64,000 nucleotides of DNA from Octopus vulgaris. Its lineage: Eukaryota. The stretch lies in assembly GCA_951406725.2 (NCBI GenBank), contig OX597820.1, positions 18,476,001 to 18,540,000 of the forward strand. Direction: 5' to 3'. The translations under genes and the position numbers were made by a program. The notes beneath the pieces are model-generated. The model was given only the letters and a program-made list of their open reading frames with translations, ran no database searches and had not been told where the DNA came from. Each line of letters starts with the position of its first letter. Positions within the stretch are counted from its first letter, which is position 1. Positions 1 through 13,180 of this stretch are shown here, one piece after another.

Positions 1-436
1 CATCATTGTCTTTGTTGTCATTGTTGTCATCATCATCATTATCCTCATTGTCATCATCATCATCACTGTAGTCATCATCATGCTGATCAGTGTCATCACC
101 ATCATCATCATCATCATCATCGTCATTGTTGTCATCATCATCACCATCATAATCATTATTGTTCTCATCATCCTCATCGTTGTCATCATCGTTGCTGTCA
201 TCATCATCATCACCATCATCATTGTCATCAACATTGTCATCATCGTCATCATTGTCATCATCATCATCATCATTGTCATTGTCATCATCATCGTCATCAT
301 CATCATCATCACCATAGTCATCATCACCATCGTTGTCATCATTGTCGTCATCACTGCTGTCGTCATCATTGTCGTCCTCATTATCAGCATCATCAACACC
401 ATCATCATCATCTTCATCATCATCATTATCATCATC
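1..436. repeat. Degenerate (CAT)n/(CGT)n trinucleotide tract
   Basis: Continuous cat/cgt/tgt triplets; source of the poly-Ile/Val ORF 80..565. Confidence 0.95.
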
Positions 437-849
437 GTTTTAATGTCTGCTCTTCCATGTTTGCTTACGTCACATGGAGTTTGCACATACCAGCAGATGA
501 TTTTTACACCATTTTACATTTCATCAGGGCCAGGCTGTTCAATCTGCCTCCAGTTCAGATCCTAAATATGACATTGATAAGCCAAGAAAATGGCAAAACT
601 TTAATGACCATCACTCTTGAATGGAACTCTGAGTGAGTTTTCTTACCTGCCTATGACCAAAACTTTCAAGCCTTGTAACACCGCAACCAACCAGTGAACA
701 AACAAAAAACATACATTGATAATGATGATAACGATGATGACAACGATGATGATGATGATGATTGTGTATGTGTGTTCAATAATGTTTATAACGCTTGTGC
801 TGCTTCTAATTTATATTTGAATCTAAATACATGCATGTGCATGTATATA

Positions 850-880
<31 letters not shown>

Positions 881-1274
881 GTGTATGTATGTATGTATGT
901 ATGTATGTATGTATGTATGTATGTATGTATATACAAATAATCAGAAAATGGAGAAAACCTCAGATTAACAAACACATCGATTAGACCACATTTGTAACTT
1001 ATTTTTTAATACAAAGCTTGACATAATAGGTGACATAGTATATCTTACAGCTGTTTCCAATCCATTGCCAAAATGTTGTCTATAAATAAATGCAAGAATA
1101 AAGTTCTTCAACTTCATAGGACATAAGGCATGGAGCTTCATCAGAGTAAAAAACAAGAGCATAGAATATAAACAAAGGAAGAAGGAAAAGAAAAGAAAAC
1201 AAAACAAGGCCATGAAAAACTGTCTAGAAACCCAATATGTTAAAAGCACTCCTACATCTATATATATATATCTA

Positions 1275-1685
1275 GGTGGCACATATAGGTGCCACTCCTA
1301 TACCTATATATATATATAAAAAGCACCATCCGAACGTGGCCGATGCCAGCGCCACCCCGACTGGCTTCTGTGCCGGTGGCACATAAAAAGCACCATCCGA
1401 ACGTGGCTGTTGCCAGCGCTGCCTTGGCTGGCTTCCGTGCCGGTGACATGTTAAAAGCTCCAACCGATCGTGGCCGATGCCGGTCCCCCCTGGCACCTGT
1501 GCAGGTGGCACGTAAAAAGCACCCACTACACTCGCGGAGTGGTTGGCGTTAGGAAGGGCATCCAGCCGTAGAAACTCTGCCAGATCAGACTGGAGCCTGG
1601 AGCAGCCCCTGGCTTCCCAGACCCCAGTCGAACCGTCCAACCCGTGCTAGCGCGGAAAACGGACGTTAAACGATGATGATGATGA
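1275..1685 (+). mobile_element. SINE-like family C (RTE-type (GAT)n tail, 5' tandem subrepeats)
   Basis: gtggcacgtaaaaagcacc subrepeats, core ggcgttaggaagggcatccagccgtagaaac, end ggacgttaaacgatgatgat; about 10 copies in the window. Confidence 0.85.
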
Positions 1686-1844
1686 TATATGTATATATAT
1701 CATCAAGGTAGAGAAATGGCATACTCCAAATGAATAAGGTAAATTAATCCGATGGTAGAATGAATCCCTTGAATTAGGTACTGCAAATCTAGTTGGAAGT
1801 ACAGGGGTCTATGTGAGTAAATAGATAGTAGGAAAAAAATAACA

Positions 1845-2180
1845 GAACAAAAACAATAACATGAGAATGTGGTACATGCAAAGTATTAATAAAACACTCA
1901 AGGAAGGAAAGAAAGGGTACTTTACATTTTGAGCAAAGCTTTTCTTCAGAAACAGGAGAGAGAGGAAAGTCCAAAGAAAAGGAAGACGGAAGAAAAGAAT
2001 TACCAACGATCCACAGCGAATTTTTTTCTTCTGCCTTGCTTTTCTTTTGGAATTTCCTCTCTCTCCTGTTTCTGAAGAAGAGCTTTGCCTCGAAACGTAA
2101 AGCACCCTTTCTTACCTTCCTTGAGTGTCTTATTAATACATTGCATGTGCCACATCCTGGCGTTGTTCTTTTTTCTTGTT
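1845..2180. mobile_element. Inverted pair of short hammerhead-bearing (Penelope-like non-autonomous) elements
   Basis: About 1845-1997 is the diverged reverse complement of about 2019-2175; the right arm runs into (TA)n. Confidence 0.7.
2067..2104 (+). ncRNA. Minimal type-I hammerhead ribozyme motif
   Basis: TGTTT-CTGAAGA-A-GAG(ctttgc)CTC-GAAA-CG-TA-AAGCA: core, stem II, GUA site and stem I all present. Confidence 0.65.
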
Positions 2181-2194
2181 TTTTTTTTTTCTCC

Positions 2195-2250
<56 letters not shown>

Positions 2251-2379
2251 CTGTCAACAACAATGTTGCTGACAGAATACATTAGGAATAATAAATTTGT
2301 ACTCCACAGAATTATAGAGTAACCCATCAATCAGATTTATGTAACATTGGTTTTATTATAACTGAACATAAAAACAATC

Positions 2380-2745
2380 AACACACACACACACATACAC
2401 GCATATGCACACACATACACATATGCACACACACATACACACACATGTACACACACACATACATACATACACATATGCACGCACACACACATACACATAT
2501 GCACACACACACACAACATACACATATATGCAAACACACACATTCACATACATACACAACAAGCACATATATTTACACACCCACATACACACACATATAC
2601 ATATACATACACAAATACACACATATACGCATACACACACAAACACTCATACACACACACATATACGCATACACACACAGACACACACACAAACACAAAC
2701 ATATACACACACATACACACATACACACACACACATACATATATC
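2380..2745. repeat. Compound (CA)/(TA) microsatellite
   Basis: Direct inspection. Confidence 0.95.
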
Positions 2746-3004
2746 CCTATCTTATTCGTTAACCAGCCGGCAGGTGATACTGCTTCATTTCTAAGTGAAT
2801 TTATTCTTCACTTGGCCATTTAGGAAGAACAGATTCACTTAGAATGAAAATAATATTAACTTGGTAAATTAGTCCCAAAAGAAACAATATCACACAGTCA
2901 AACATCCATAGTACAGAGAACTTCATTTTATAACTGTAAGTCTTCTTATTGCACTAAATATCCAAGAATGTGTGTGTATGTTTGAGTGTGTGTATTCTTC
3001 TGGT

Positions 3005-3245
3005 TACTCTTGTACTCTTGTATTTGTTTCAGTCATTTGACTGTGGCGGCTATGCTGGAGCACCACCTTTAGTCGACCAAATCGACCCCAGGACTTATTC
3101 TTTGTAAGCCTAGTATTTATTCTATCGGTCTCTCTTGCCGAACCGATAAGTTACTGGGGACGTAAACACACCAGCATTAGTTGTCAAGCGATGTTGAGGG
3201 TGAGGGGGGGAAACAAACACAGACACACAAACATATACACACACA
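3005..3245 (-). mobile_element. tRNA-derived SINE family A, 3' half
   Basis: Reverse complement of ...gactaaaggcggtgctccagcatggccacagtcaaatgactgaaacaagtaaaag. Confidence 0.85.
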
Positions 3246-3250
3246 TACAT

Positions 3251-3282
<32 letters not shown>

Positions 3283-3289
3283 CTATGCT

Positions 3290-3835
3290 AGGAGGTACAT
3301 TCTTCATCAGGGAGGGTCTTTGTATTTAAGAACAACCATGCATCCCACTGGTGTGAATGAAATCGATCTGGCTAGCAGAGTCACCTGATTAATTGGTTAT
3401 CAGGTGGCTGGCTGGCTTCCTGAAGTTGATGTTGCAGATCAAAAGGTTATTTGCATCACAGAGCTCCAGTAGCCTTGTTTCCTCTTTGTTTTTGGGAACC
3501 AATTTCATGGACCCTATGAACACCATGGAAGATACCATTGTCACTTGTCTTTGAAGTAGTCTGGAAAAGAATACCATGAAAGTGTTCCTTCCGTTCATTT
3601 GGTAGGCCTGCTTGTGGGGCATAGCTAGATATAATTGTCGCTCTGCAAGACTAGCCTCTATCTAGACTAGTACTCTATCTAGACTAGTACTCCATCACAC
3701 ACTCTGACTACCTCTTTGACCTTATCTACTCATTTTTCTGCAAGGAGTTTGCCCACACCACCTAGTCCATCACTGTTACTTCTCCACCTTACCTCTTGGA
3801 TGCAATATGTACCACCACGCCTCCATTCAAACATC
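3290..3835 (-). mobile_element. RTE-clade LINE AP-endonuclease remnant
   Basis: Minus-strand pieces CIQEVRWR, GLGGVGKLLAEK, ETRLLELCDANNLLICNINFRKPASHLIT, SGDSASQIDFI; stops and frameshifts. Confidence 0.8.
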
Positions 3836-3891
3836 CCTTACACACACACATATGCATATATATAAATATATATATGTATATAAATATACAT

Positions 3892-3932
<41 letters not shown>

Positions 3933-3979
3933 TCATCATCATCATCATCATCATCGTTTAACGTCCGCTTTCCATGCTA

Positions 3980-4018
<39 letters not shown>

Positions 4019-4229
4019 CATATACATACACTATATCTCACAGAAGTATGTACACACCTAAAACAATTTAGTCTAATAATATCGAAGGAAATCAAATGAA
4101 GTTTATAGTGAATAAAATATATTCTACATGCAAACATTATACAAATGTGGAATACAAAACAATAAGCATTTTCAAAGATAAGAATGAAATATTAATTTTT
4201 AAATGTTTCAAAAATATCTCTACCCCAGA

Positions 4230-5190
4230 GACCAGATTACTCAAACTCTGTGGATCATCTTAGACATTACATGGAGACTTTGCTTCTCACCAACACAAGA
4301 CAGCAATCCACAAACTCCTATGTTCCTGTGGACATATCATCCTGGACTCATGTTTTTATGAGGAGTGATGCAGTTGGTCATCTATTAACCCCTCCATACC
4401 AAGGACCTTATCGCGTGTTATGTCATGCCGACAAATTCATTACTATTGACTATAAAAGTGTGAAAGACACTGTCAGTGTGGATATACTAAAAAAATCCTA
4501 CATAGACACAACTATTCCCACTCCCATAACACATAATGCACACACTGCACAACAGACACCACTCACAAAACAAACTTCAAATTTGCCCTCCGTAACAACT
4601 AGGGGCAGACGAAAAGTACATTGGCCAAAAATATTGACTCAGACTTATATCTAAAGGAACATTGAATGAACTCTTTCCTTGAATTGTGATATTTTGTTTT
4701 CATGCTATTTTCATTGTTGAGTTGGCTCCCTATTTTTATTGTCATATTGTTACATATTACATTTTCTTTGGTTGAATATTTCATACCTGAAAGTCTTCTG
4801 GTATGTTTTGCACTGTAGATCCTTATTCTTTTGTCTCTTGTTATTGCCATAGCTTCACAACTGCCAAGGGAGTCTGTAGCGTACCCATCATGCCTGCTTG
4901 GATTATCTCAGGGCTAAACATAAAAGGCCCAGAAGGGACAAAGCGGGCAGCCATGATGCATAAGCAAGACACAACAGCCCTTAACGGAAGTCATGAAACA
5001 CATAGAAGGAGCTCGACTGACAGGACTCTGTCTATTTCCCCTTTTGGGTAGTCAGCTCACCATCTGCCCACAGCTAGGACTGCTAGCTCTCTTTCTTTGC
5101 TTCAGCATCCTACATGTGGTGTTGTGGTGCCCCTTTCACAGTAGGTACTTTCTGACAATATATTCGCTCTGTTTTTGTTTAAACAGCACA
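4230..5190 (+). mobile_element. Ty3/Gypsy remnant: integrase C-terminus, PPT and probable 3' LTR (4875 to about 5190)
   Basis: ORF 4250..4654 THVFMRSDAVGHLLTPPYQGPYRVL...DTVSVDILK...RGRRKVHWP matches Gypsy pol C-termini; purine tract aagggag followed by TGTAGC at 4875. Confidence 0.8.
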
Positions 5191-5329
5191 TGCTAGCATG
5201 GAAGGCGGACGTTGAACGATGATGATGATGATGATGAAGATAGTACTTTAGTACCATGTTATTTAATGTGAGCTTTGCAGTTGATGTTGCTCTGCTAGTT
5301 TTGTAATGTTTGGCTCCAATGTTGTCATG

Positions 5330-5610
5330 GTAATCAAAGATCACCTTTTTCCACAAAGTCGAGTTGAGTAACACAACTGAAACCAGATTCAACAAGGTCA
5401 GATGAAAGAAAAGCAGTGACACACACCTGTGCCCTCCTAGAGCAGTGGATACTTTGTAGCAGTGTCATTCTTTTTCCATATGTTATGTTTCCTATCTTTA
5501 AATCTTGCCTGAAATATTTCATCATTCTGCAATTCAATGAGATTCTCCTCCAAAGAGATATCTACGTCAGCAACATTAACATCAAAAGGAAGTGTCATCT
5601 CACGTGGTAC
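5330..5610 (-). mobile_element. hAT (Charlie/SCAND3-like) transposase dimerisation-domain remnant
   Basis: PFDVNVADVDISLEENLIELQNDEIFQARFK...KYPLL*, frameshift, then AFLSSDLVESGFSCVTQL...EKGDL. Confidence 0.75.
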
Positions 5611-5674
5611 ATATTATTATTATTATTATTATTATTGTTATTATTATTATGTATGTATGTATGTATGTGCATGT

Positions 5675-5880
5675 GTGTGTGTTTGTCCTTCCAACATCGC
5701 TTGACAACTGATGGTGGTGTGTTTACGTCCCCGTAACTTAGTGGCTCAGCAAAAGAGACCGATAGGATAAGTGCTAGGCTTCCAAAGAATAAGTCCTGGG
5801 GTCGATTTGCTCGACTAAAGGCGGTGCTCCAGCATGGCCACAGTCAAATGACTGAAACAAGTAAAAGAGTAAAAGAATAC
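5675..5880 (+). mobile_element. SINE family A, 3' half
   Basis: Matches the family A consensus seen in other copies. Confidence 0.85.
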
Positions 5881-6814
5881 ATTCCAAATGGATTTTAAAC
5901 TTGAAAATATGAAATGAAATATTTTCAAAAAAATGTCTGTCTGTGAGTATTTTGAAATGTGGTGTACCATAAAACATGGAAAAATCCAGGACACCCACCC
6001 CTGCAATTCTTATTTATGTAAGACAGCTATTTCGAATGTCTGACAATGTATTTAAATAAATTTTTTTTAAAGTTTCTAAAATTTAAATTTGAAAAATCGT
6101 CAGAAACGTCCAAAAATAGGAACTTGGGTTAATTAACAGGTTTCTTGTAATTAGAATTCTACAACGCAAGTAGCATTCTATACTTCTTAGAAAATTCCAT
6201 AGATTCTAAAAGATTATGGCGTATTTATTTATATATATTTATTCATATAGAATGACATTTTAGTTAATGTTATTTTAATTAATGTATGAATATATTACGT
6301 CAAGCCTATATTGATTTCAAATTTTGGCACAATGCCAGTAATTACAGGGAAGGGATAAGTTGATTACATTGACCCCAGTATTCAACTGGTACTTATTTTA
6401 TCAAACCTGAAAGGATGAAAGGCAAAGATGATCTCGATGGAATTCAAACTCAAAGACGAAACATTTTACTTGGAATGCTAATGAATATCAAACCTATATT
6501 TAAAGCAAATATATGAAGTCATATTCAAAAGTTTGTTCTATTATTGAATATTTACAAAATTTATAGAATTATTGAAGACCTGATTTCAGTGCTGATAAGT
6601 ACTACCAATATCATATTTATCAGAAATGGGTTAAAATGATTGCAAAGTTCTTTTCTTAGAACATATGTTAAAATACCAGTTATAGAAGACGTGAAGACTT
6701 TCTTATCTTTTCCCTAAAAAACCGACCAGCTTGGAGATCAGTTTTGCAAAAATATGCTGAAGTCAACTTGTAGTTGCTAAGAACAGAATAATTTCTTTTG
6801 TGGAAGTAATTTGC

Positions 6815-6883
<69 letters not shown>

Positions 6884-7258
6884 TTTAGTTCAAGTAGGAC
6901 ATTTTGAACTTTTTTGGGGTCCAAAATGTTAGATTTCTAATAAAGATTCTTCATATCAAAGTAGTAACTTGCTAATGCAAATATTTAAAATATGAGAATA
7001 TGACAAATAAAAAGTGTGTTATGAGCATTTGTAATATATTATAATTAATTTAATTTCACCATGTTTCTTACATGCTGGTATTATTCGAAATGATCACACG
7101 GATTAAAACTTTATAAAAGCTTTTAACATCTTCTCTTCTCCATTATTTAATTGTTAGTTGAGTTTATATAAGATTTTATACTATAAATGCTCATAACACA
7201 CTTTTTATTTTATACACACACACACACACCCATATATATATATGTGTATATATATGTG

Positions 7259-7314
<56 letters not shown>

Positions 7315-7317
<3 letters not shown>

Positions 7318-7866
7318 ATTCGTTGTTACTACGTTTATTCATACATTGTTACGAAAATTTAACCTTTTAAGGCTACTTTCAAGCCTTCGCCATAACTTGA
7401 TTTATCTTTCTATCTCTCTCTCTACAAAATTTAACCTTAGGCGAGGCTACCTCAAGCCGTAATCCCATCTCTTCCCATCTCTTCCCATCTTTCAGCCATC
7501 TTTCAGCCATCTTTCAGCCATTGGCGGTCTTTTTTCCTCCTCTTACCATTACGATTCTACAATTTAAATTCCCAATTCAACTAACTTACTTCTTAAATTT
7601 CAACTCCCGATCGATGTCCGCAGCAAGTTCTTTAAAAATTTATCTTAATATTTCCATTCGTTGTTACTACGTTTATTCATACATTGTTACGAAAATTTAA
7701 CCTTTTAAGGCTACTTTCAAGCCTTCGCCATAACTTGATTTATCTTTCTATCTCTCTCTCTACAAAATTTAACCTTAGGCGAGGCTACCTCAAGCCGTAA
7801 TCCCATCTCTTCCCATCTCTTCCCATCTTTCAGCCATCTTTCAGCCATCTTTCAGCCATTGGCGGT
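7315..7866. repeat. 214-bp perfect direct repeat (7315-7528 and 7653-7866)
   Basis: Two copies, identical by eye, offset 338 bp. Confidence 0.9.
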
Positions 7867-8589
7867 GCGCCCGCCCCCACCCCCACCACCACCAATACCG
7901 ATGAACACTGTTCTCACCCCCACCACCAATACCGGTGAACACTGTTCTCACCGCCAACACCACCAATACTGGTGAACACTGTTCCTCACCCCCCACCACC
8001 AATACCAGTATACCCTGTCCTCACCATCTACACCGGATACGCCTTACTCATCTACACCGGGTAAGCCCTACTCCCTCCTCCTCCCCCCACTACCCCTTCT
8101 CCTCATATGCTTTCACTGTGAAAAGACAAGCTGCTAGCGCCATAGCTCATCAACTGCCCACCGATCTTACGCTTCCTCCGGACACTGCTTCATTCCGACT
8201 ATCCCCCTTTAGCACCCTCCCGCCTCGTAATATCCTACGTTTTTATTTCTTAGGAACCTACACCAACCCTTCCTGCCATCGTTCCTCCTTACCCCAACCT
8301 TCCCCACTGGTTGCTCCCCTATATTACCCACCTCAACTGGACCCCCCCTCCCCAACTCAACTCTAGAATATCTGTATTCTTTCCTCTACCTAATAACGTT
8401 ACTCAGTGACGATAACGAATGTCTTTATTTCTTAGGAACCTACACCAACCCTTCCTTACTCAGTGACGATAAATGCTGTGACTACAAAGACCTGGGCTGC
8501 TTTCTGCAGCAATTCCACATACCCCCTACTCATTCTAAGTACCCCAGATCCCCAAAGTACCCTGGATCCCCAAAGTACCCCGGACCTCG

Positions 8590-8842
8590 TTGCCCCCGTG
8601 CCGCTGACACGTTAAAATGCTCGAACCGATCGTGACGATGCCGGACCCTCCGGCCCCTGTGCAGGTGGCACGTAAAAAGCACCCAATCCACTCACGGAGT
8701 GGTTGGCGTTAGGAAGGGCATCCAGCCGTAGAAACTCTGCCAGATTCAGACTGGAGCCTGGTGCGGCCCCTGGCTTCCCAGACCCGGTCAAACCGTCCAA
8801 CCCGTGCTAGCGCGGAAAGCGGACGTTAAACGATGATGATGA
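8590..8842 (+). mobile_element. SINE-like family C
   Basis: Same core and (GAT)n tail as 1275-1685. Confidence 0.85.
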
Positions 8843-8874
8843 TATATATATACATATATATATATACATATATA

Positions 8875-9035
8875 TACGATGGGCTTCTTTCAGTTTCTGT
8901 CTACCAAATCCATTCACAAGGCTATGGTTGGCTCGAAGCTATAGTAGAAGACACTTGCCTAAGGTGCCACGTAGTGGGATTGAACCCGAAATCATGTGGT
9001 TGGTAAGAAGCAACTTACCACACAGCCACTCCTAC
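8875..9035 (-). mobile_element. SINE family A, tRNA-like 5' half
   Basis: Reverse complement of ggagtggctgtgtggtaag...ggttcaatccc...gaaactgaaagaagccc. Confidence 0.85.
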
Positions 9036-9595
9036 ACCTTAGCACACTATTAAAGCATAGAAAGCCAATTTAAAGTAATGTCCATGGAACAATGAGAAGG
9101 TTATGTTCATGTTGAACCAAGTGGATACCTGAGATAAACATCCAGTTTACAAAGACTTTAGATCTTGTATTTTCTTTTAGCTTTTATCTTCTACCTGTTT
9201 TCGTGATTGGACTGTGGCCATACTGGGGCAGTACCTTGAAGGCTTTTAGTTGAAACACTAAGTTATGGTGACAAAAACAAACCAACAATAGTTGCCAAGC
9301 AGTTGGAGGGTACAAGCATTAATAGAGATATTATTGACTCTATTATTATCTAGTATAACAATTAAAAATGACGACACCAGAATCAATAATATAGGCGATT
9401 GCAGGCCCAAAAAGCATTAAATAGCTGAAGGATTAAAATTACTCAAAGGACATGCTAAGTATGTCTACCTGCTGGAAATAACAGTCAAAACTATTATTTA
9501 AATCACTGAAAAAAAAACTGATAACTCCTATCATCAGTTTTTTTGCAGCGATTTAAATAAGAGTTTTCACAGTTATGTCCTTTGATTAATTTTAA

Positions 9596-9637
<42 letters not shown>

Positions 9638-9641
<4 letters not shown>

Positions 9642-9845
9642 ATCCAAACATGAAAGCACAAAAAAACACAACAACGCGAGGACGTCGAACAAATATAGTA
9701 TTATTGGACGCTCAGGAAAGAAGGAAAGAAGGAGGGTTTAACGTTTCGAGCGGACCTCTTCATTGGAAACATAGGAGAAGGAAAGATCCAGAGAAGGGAA
9801 GACAGAGGAAAACAAATCGCCAACGGTACACATGCAGTCACATTT
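9638..9845 (-). mobile_element. Short hammerhead-bearing element (same family as 55040-55260), core mutated
   Basis: Aligns end to end with 55040-55260 in reverse; 3' end joins (TA)n. Confidence 0.7.
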
Positions 9846-10104
9846 TGAATACATACATATATACACAACAGGTTTTGATACAGTTTCAATCTATCAAATT
9901 CAATTATAAGGCATTGGTCAGCCTGGAACTGTAACAGGAGGCACATGTCCAAGATGCTGGGCAGTAGGACTGAACCTGAAACCATATGGTTGTAATGCAA
10001 GCTTCTTAACCACACAGTCATGGCTAAGAGGGAAAAGCAGGGAGGGGGGATTTAGCTGACATTACTCCATAAGAAGCATAGGGCCAGTACCCTGATTTTT
10101 TTTG

Positions 10105-10138
<34 letters not shown>

Positions 10139-10444
10139 CTGGAAGGTTTACAAAAATAAGCAAAAGACGAAGGCAGGTGGAGTACAAACAAACAAATGTA
10201 TTAGTATAGCGCTCAGGAATAGAAATAGAAAAAGTCTTTTATGTTTTGAGCCTACGCTCTTTGACAGAAAGATACACAGAAAAAAACAATATATATATAT
10301 ATTCCATCCTGGATGGGATGCTGATCCGTCACTGGATTACTTATTTTTACCAGCTGAATAGAATGGGGCAACACAATATAAAGTGTCTTACTTATGAACA
10401 CAATGCACAGCCTGGTCCAGGATTGAAACCACAATATTCTTTTC

Positions 10445-10985
10445 TACTCAAGGCACAAGGCTCAAACATTTTGAGGAGAGGGCCAATCGATTTGATCAAC
10501 CCCTGTACACAACTGGTACTTAATTTATCGACCCTGAAAGGATGAAAGGCAAAGCCATCCTCGCCAGAATTTGAACTCAGAAAGTAAAGACAGACGAAAT
10601 ACTGCTAAGCGTTTCGCCCAGTGTGTTAATGTTTCTACCAGCTCGCCACCTTAGATATGTTTTCTATTCCAGGCACAAGGCCCGAAATTTGGGGGAGTGG
10701 CCCAGTTGATTAGATCGACCCCAACTGGTACTTAATTTATCGACCCTGAAAGGAAGAAAGCCAAAGCCATCCTCGGCAGAATTTGAACTCAGAAAGTAAG
10801 GACAGACGAAATACTGCTAAGCATTTTGCCCAGTGTGCTAATGTTTCTACCAGCTCGCTGGTATTCTTTCTATTCTAGGCACAAGGCCCAAAATTTTTGG
10901 GGAGTGGGCCCAGTTGATTAGATCGAGCCCAGTACACAACTGGCACCTAATTTGTCAATCCCCAAAAGGATGAAAGGCAAAGTTG
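10445..10985 (-). mobile_element. Three tandem copies of tRNA-derived SINE family B
   Basis: Repeated ctggtacttaatttatcgaccctgaaaggatgaaaggcaaag...gaatttgaactcagaa; the central part resembles the Meta/MESC SINE domain. Confidence 0.85.
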
Positions 10986-10994
10986 CTCTCATTA

Positions 10995-11195
10995 TCATTA
11001 TCATTTAACATCCATTTTCTATGCTGGCAGGGATTGGATGGTTTGACAGGAGCTGGTAAGACCAAGGACCATACCAGGTTCCATAGGCTGTTTTGGTTTG
11101 ATTTCTACAGCTGGATGCCCTTCCTAATGCCAACCACTTTACAGGGTGTACTGGGTGCTTTTTACATTGCACCATAACCAGTGCTTTTTATGTAG
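10995..11195 (-). mobile_element. Diverged SINE-like family C
   Basis: tttctacagctggatgcccttcctaatgccaaccac core. Confidence 0.75.
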
Positions 11196-11304
11196 AACAA
11201 TATATATATATATAATTCAAAATATAAACAATGATAAACCATAAAATAATTTTTTAATCTTTCAAAAAGTTGGAAAATAACGTTTATCTTTGAATACTTT
11301 CACT

Positions 11305-11412
11305 TTATTTGTATTTGGAAAATTTCCTCCGACTTTTTTGAATTGCAAAGTCTTTGATCAGATTCTCAAATTGAATCATATGTAACACATCTGCTTCTTT
11401 ACATAGAAGAGA
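11305..11412 (-). mobile_element. hAT (ZMYM1-like) transposase extreme C-terminus remnant
   Basis: LLCKEADVLHMIQFENLIKDFAIQKSRRKF resembles the typical ..E.D...IDF..LI.DFA..KSR terminus. Confidence 0.55.
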
Positions 11413-11640
11413 TGGTACCCCAAATATTATGTTAGCAAATTTAAAGTAATTTCTTTTGTGCCTTAAACTATTTACTATTTCTTTGGTGCCTTCCCTTTCC
11501 ATTGATACCCTAAGCACATACATATTTTGCTTTATGGTTAATCCAGTGCAGTTGGACACAAAGAACCATAAGAAAAAAAGCAAGGCATCCTGTTTGAAGT
11601 TAATATAATTTTACCAATTCTCAGTGCTGGGTTAGTACTA

Positions 11641-11830
11641 TCTCTTATATAAAATCCGTTCTGTCTGTCTGTCTGTCTGTGTGTCTTCTCGGATCTTGGG
11701 CATCCTCCATCCGATTGTGCTCAAATTTGATATGTAGATACCGATGGTATCAGGGCATGTATAAGTCTTGAAAAAATTACAAAAATCGATTCCAGGTGAG
11801 AATGCGATCGATAAAGCCGTTTTTGTCCTG
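11641..11830 (+). mobile_element. Helitron-like non-autonomous 5' fragment
   Basis: A|TCTCTTATATAAAA start followed by (CTGT)n and ccgattgtgctcaaatttg. Confidence 0.55.
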
Positions 11831-12832
11831 CTTTTCTTCCGTCAACCTGTACATAACTGCACCTTCCATTTTTTGTTGTTTTTGTACTGCTTAGAGGCAC
11901 GTTTCTTTCCTGCCAAGCTTACTGTTTAAACTATGTTTCTCCCAGTCAACAGCCTTATCATTACTGGTACTTTAAACTCTTTGGTTGCATATTGGTGTGA
12001 ATAAAATCGTTTTTCTTTGGAAGAGAAAAAAAGTCTATCTTTATTTCTTCTTTTGCTGGTGTCTCAAATTTAGGTTAAATCAGTGTTTCTCAAAGGGGAG
12101 GCCTATGGGACGGTCAGACAAGTTGTTTTGAGAAAATTTGGTTTAAATGTTTGACAACTCAGCACCGTCAATTGGACGGGGTGCAGGGGGGTTGCTTGTT
12201 TTACTGTATAATCGGTCCTAAAAAATGAAATATGAAGGTGGGTACAGCAGGATTTTGGTCCTAGAGAACCAGGAATCTGAACAAACAACCTGACACCCTA
12301 ACAACAGTGCCAAACTTATCCTGGATTGGTACAATTTACCTATTTTATTAACTTCTAAAAGGATGAAAGGGGAAGCTGTCCTCAGTGGGATTTGAACTTG
12401 TAGCATCAATGGTCAGAACAAATATTGCAAACTACTGTAACCAACACTCTAAGAACTGTGCCAATTCACTACTGAGATTCTTGTATGATTATGTTGATGA
12501 TAATAATGGTTATGATAACTGTAATGTAATATAATATTTATAATATAATTGATAGTTATTCATTTAGACAGAATAACATTAGTTTTTAAGATAATCAAGT
12601 TAAAACATAGGCGGATTACTGATAAATTCACATACATTATTAATAAAAATGATTTTTGGAAGGTTTTTATTTTTATGTTTCTTTCATTTTTTTTGTCAAA
12701 TTACAAAAATCGAAAATGATAGGTAATTGAGTTCTTTGTAAATAAAGAATTTAAACATATACAATGTTGTTACTTTATATATTCAGTATCATTTGATCTA
12801 TAAGAAGTGTATATATATGTATATATAAATAT

Positions 12833-12919
<87 letters not shown>

Positions 12920-12944
12920 CATACATGTATGTATGTATGTATAT

Positions 12945-13180
12945 CATCATCATCATCATCATCATCATCGTTTAAAGTCTGCATTCCATGCTGGCATGGG
13001 TTGGACGATTTGACTGACGTCTGGGGAACCAGATGGTTGCACCAGGCTCCAATCTGATCTGGCAGAGTTTCTACAGCTGGATGCCCTTCCTAACGCCAAC
13101 CACTCCGAGAGTGTAGTGGGTGCTTTTACGTGCCACCGGCACAAGGGCCAGTCGGTCGTACTGGCAACGGCCACGCTCAA
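12945..13180 (-). mobile_element. SINE-like family C
   Basis: Core plus (CAT)n tail on the + strand. Confidence 0.85.

Noticed and set aside
80-565. Poly-Ile/Val ORF and the many YIYI/HTHT/CVCV ORFs throughout the track
   Set aside because: Translations of tri- and dinucleotide microsatellites
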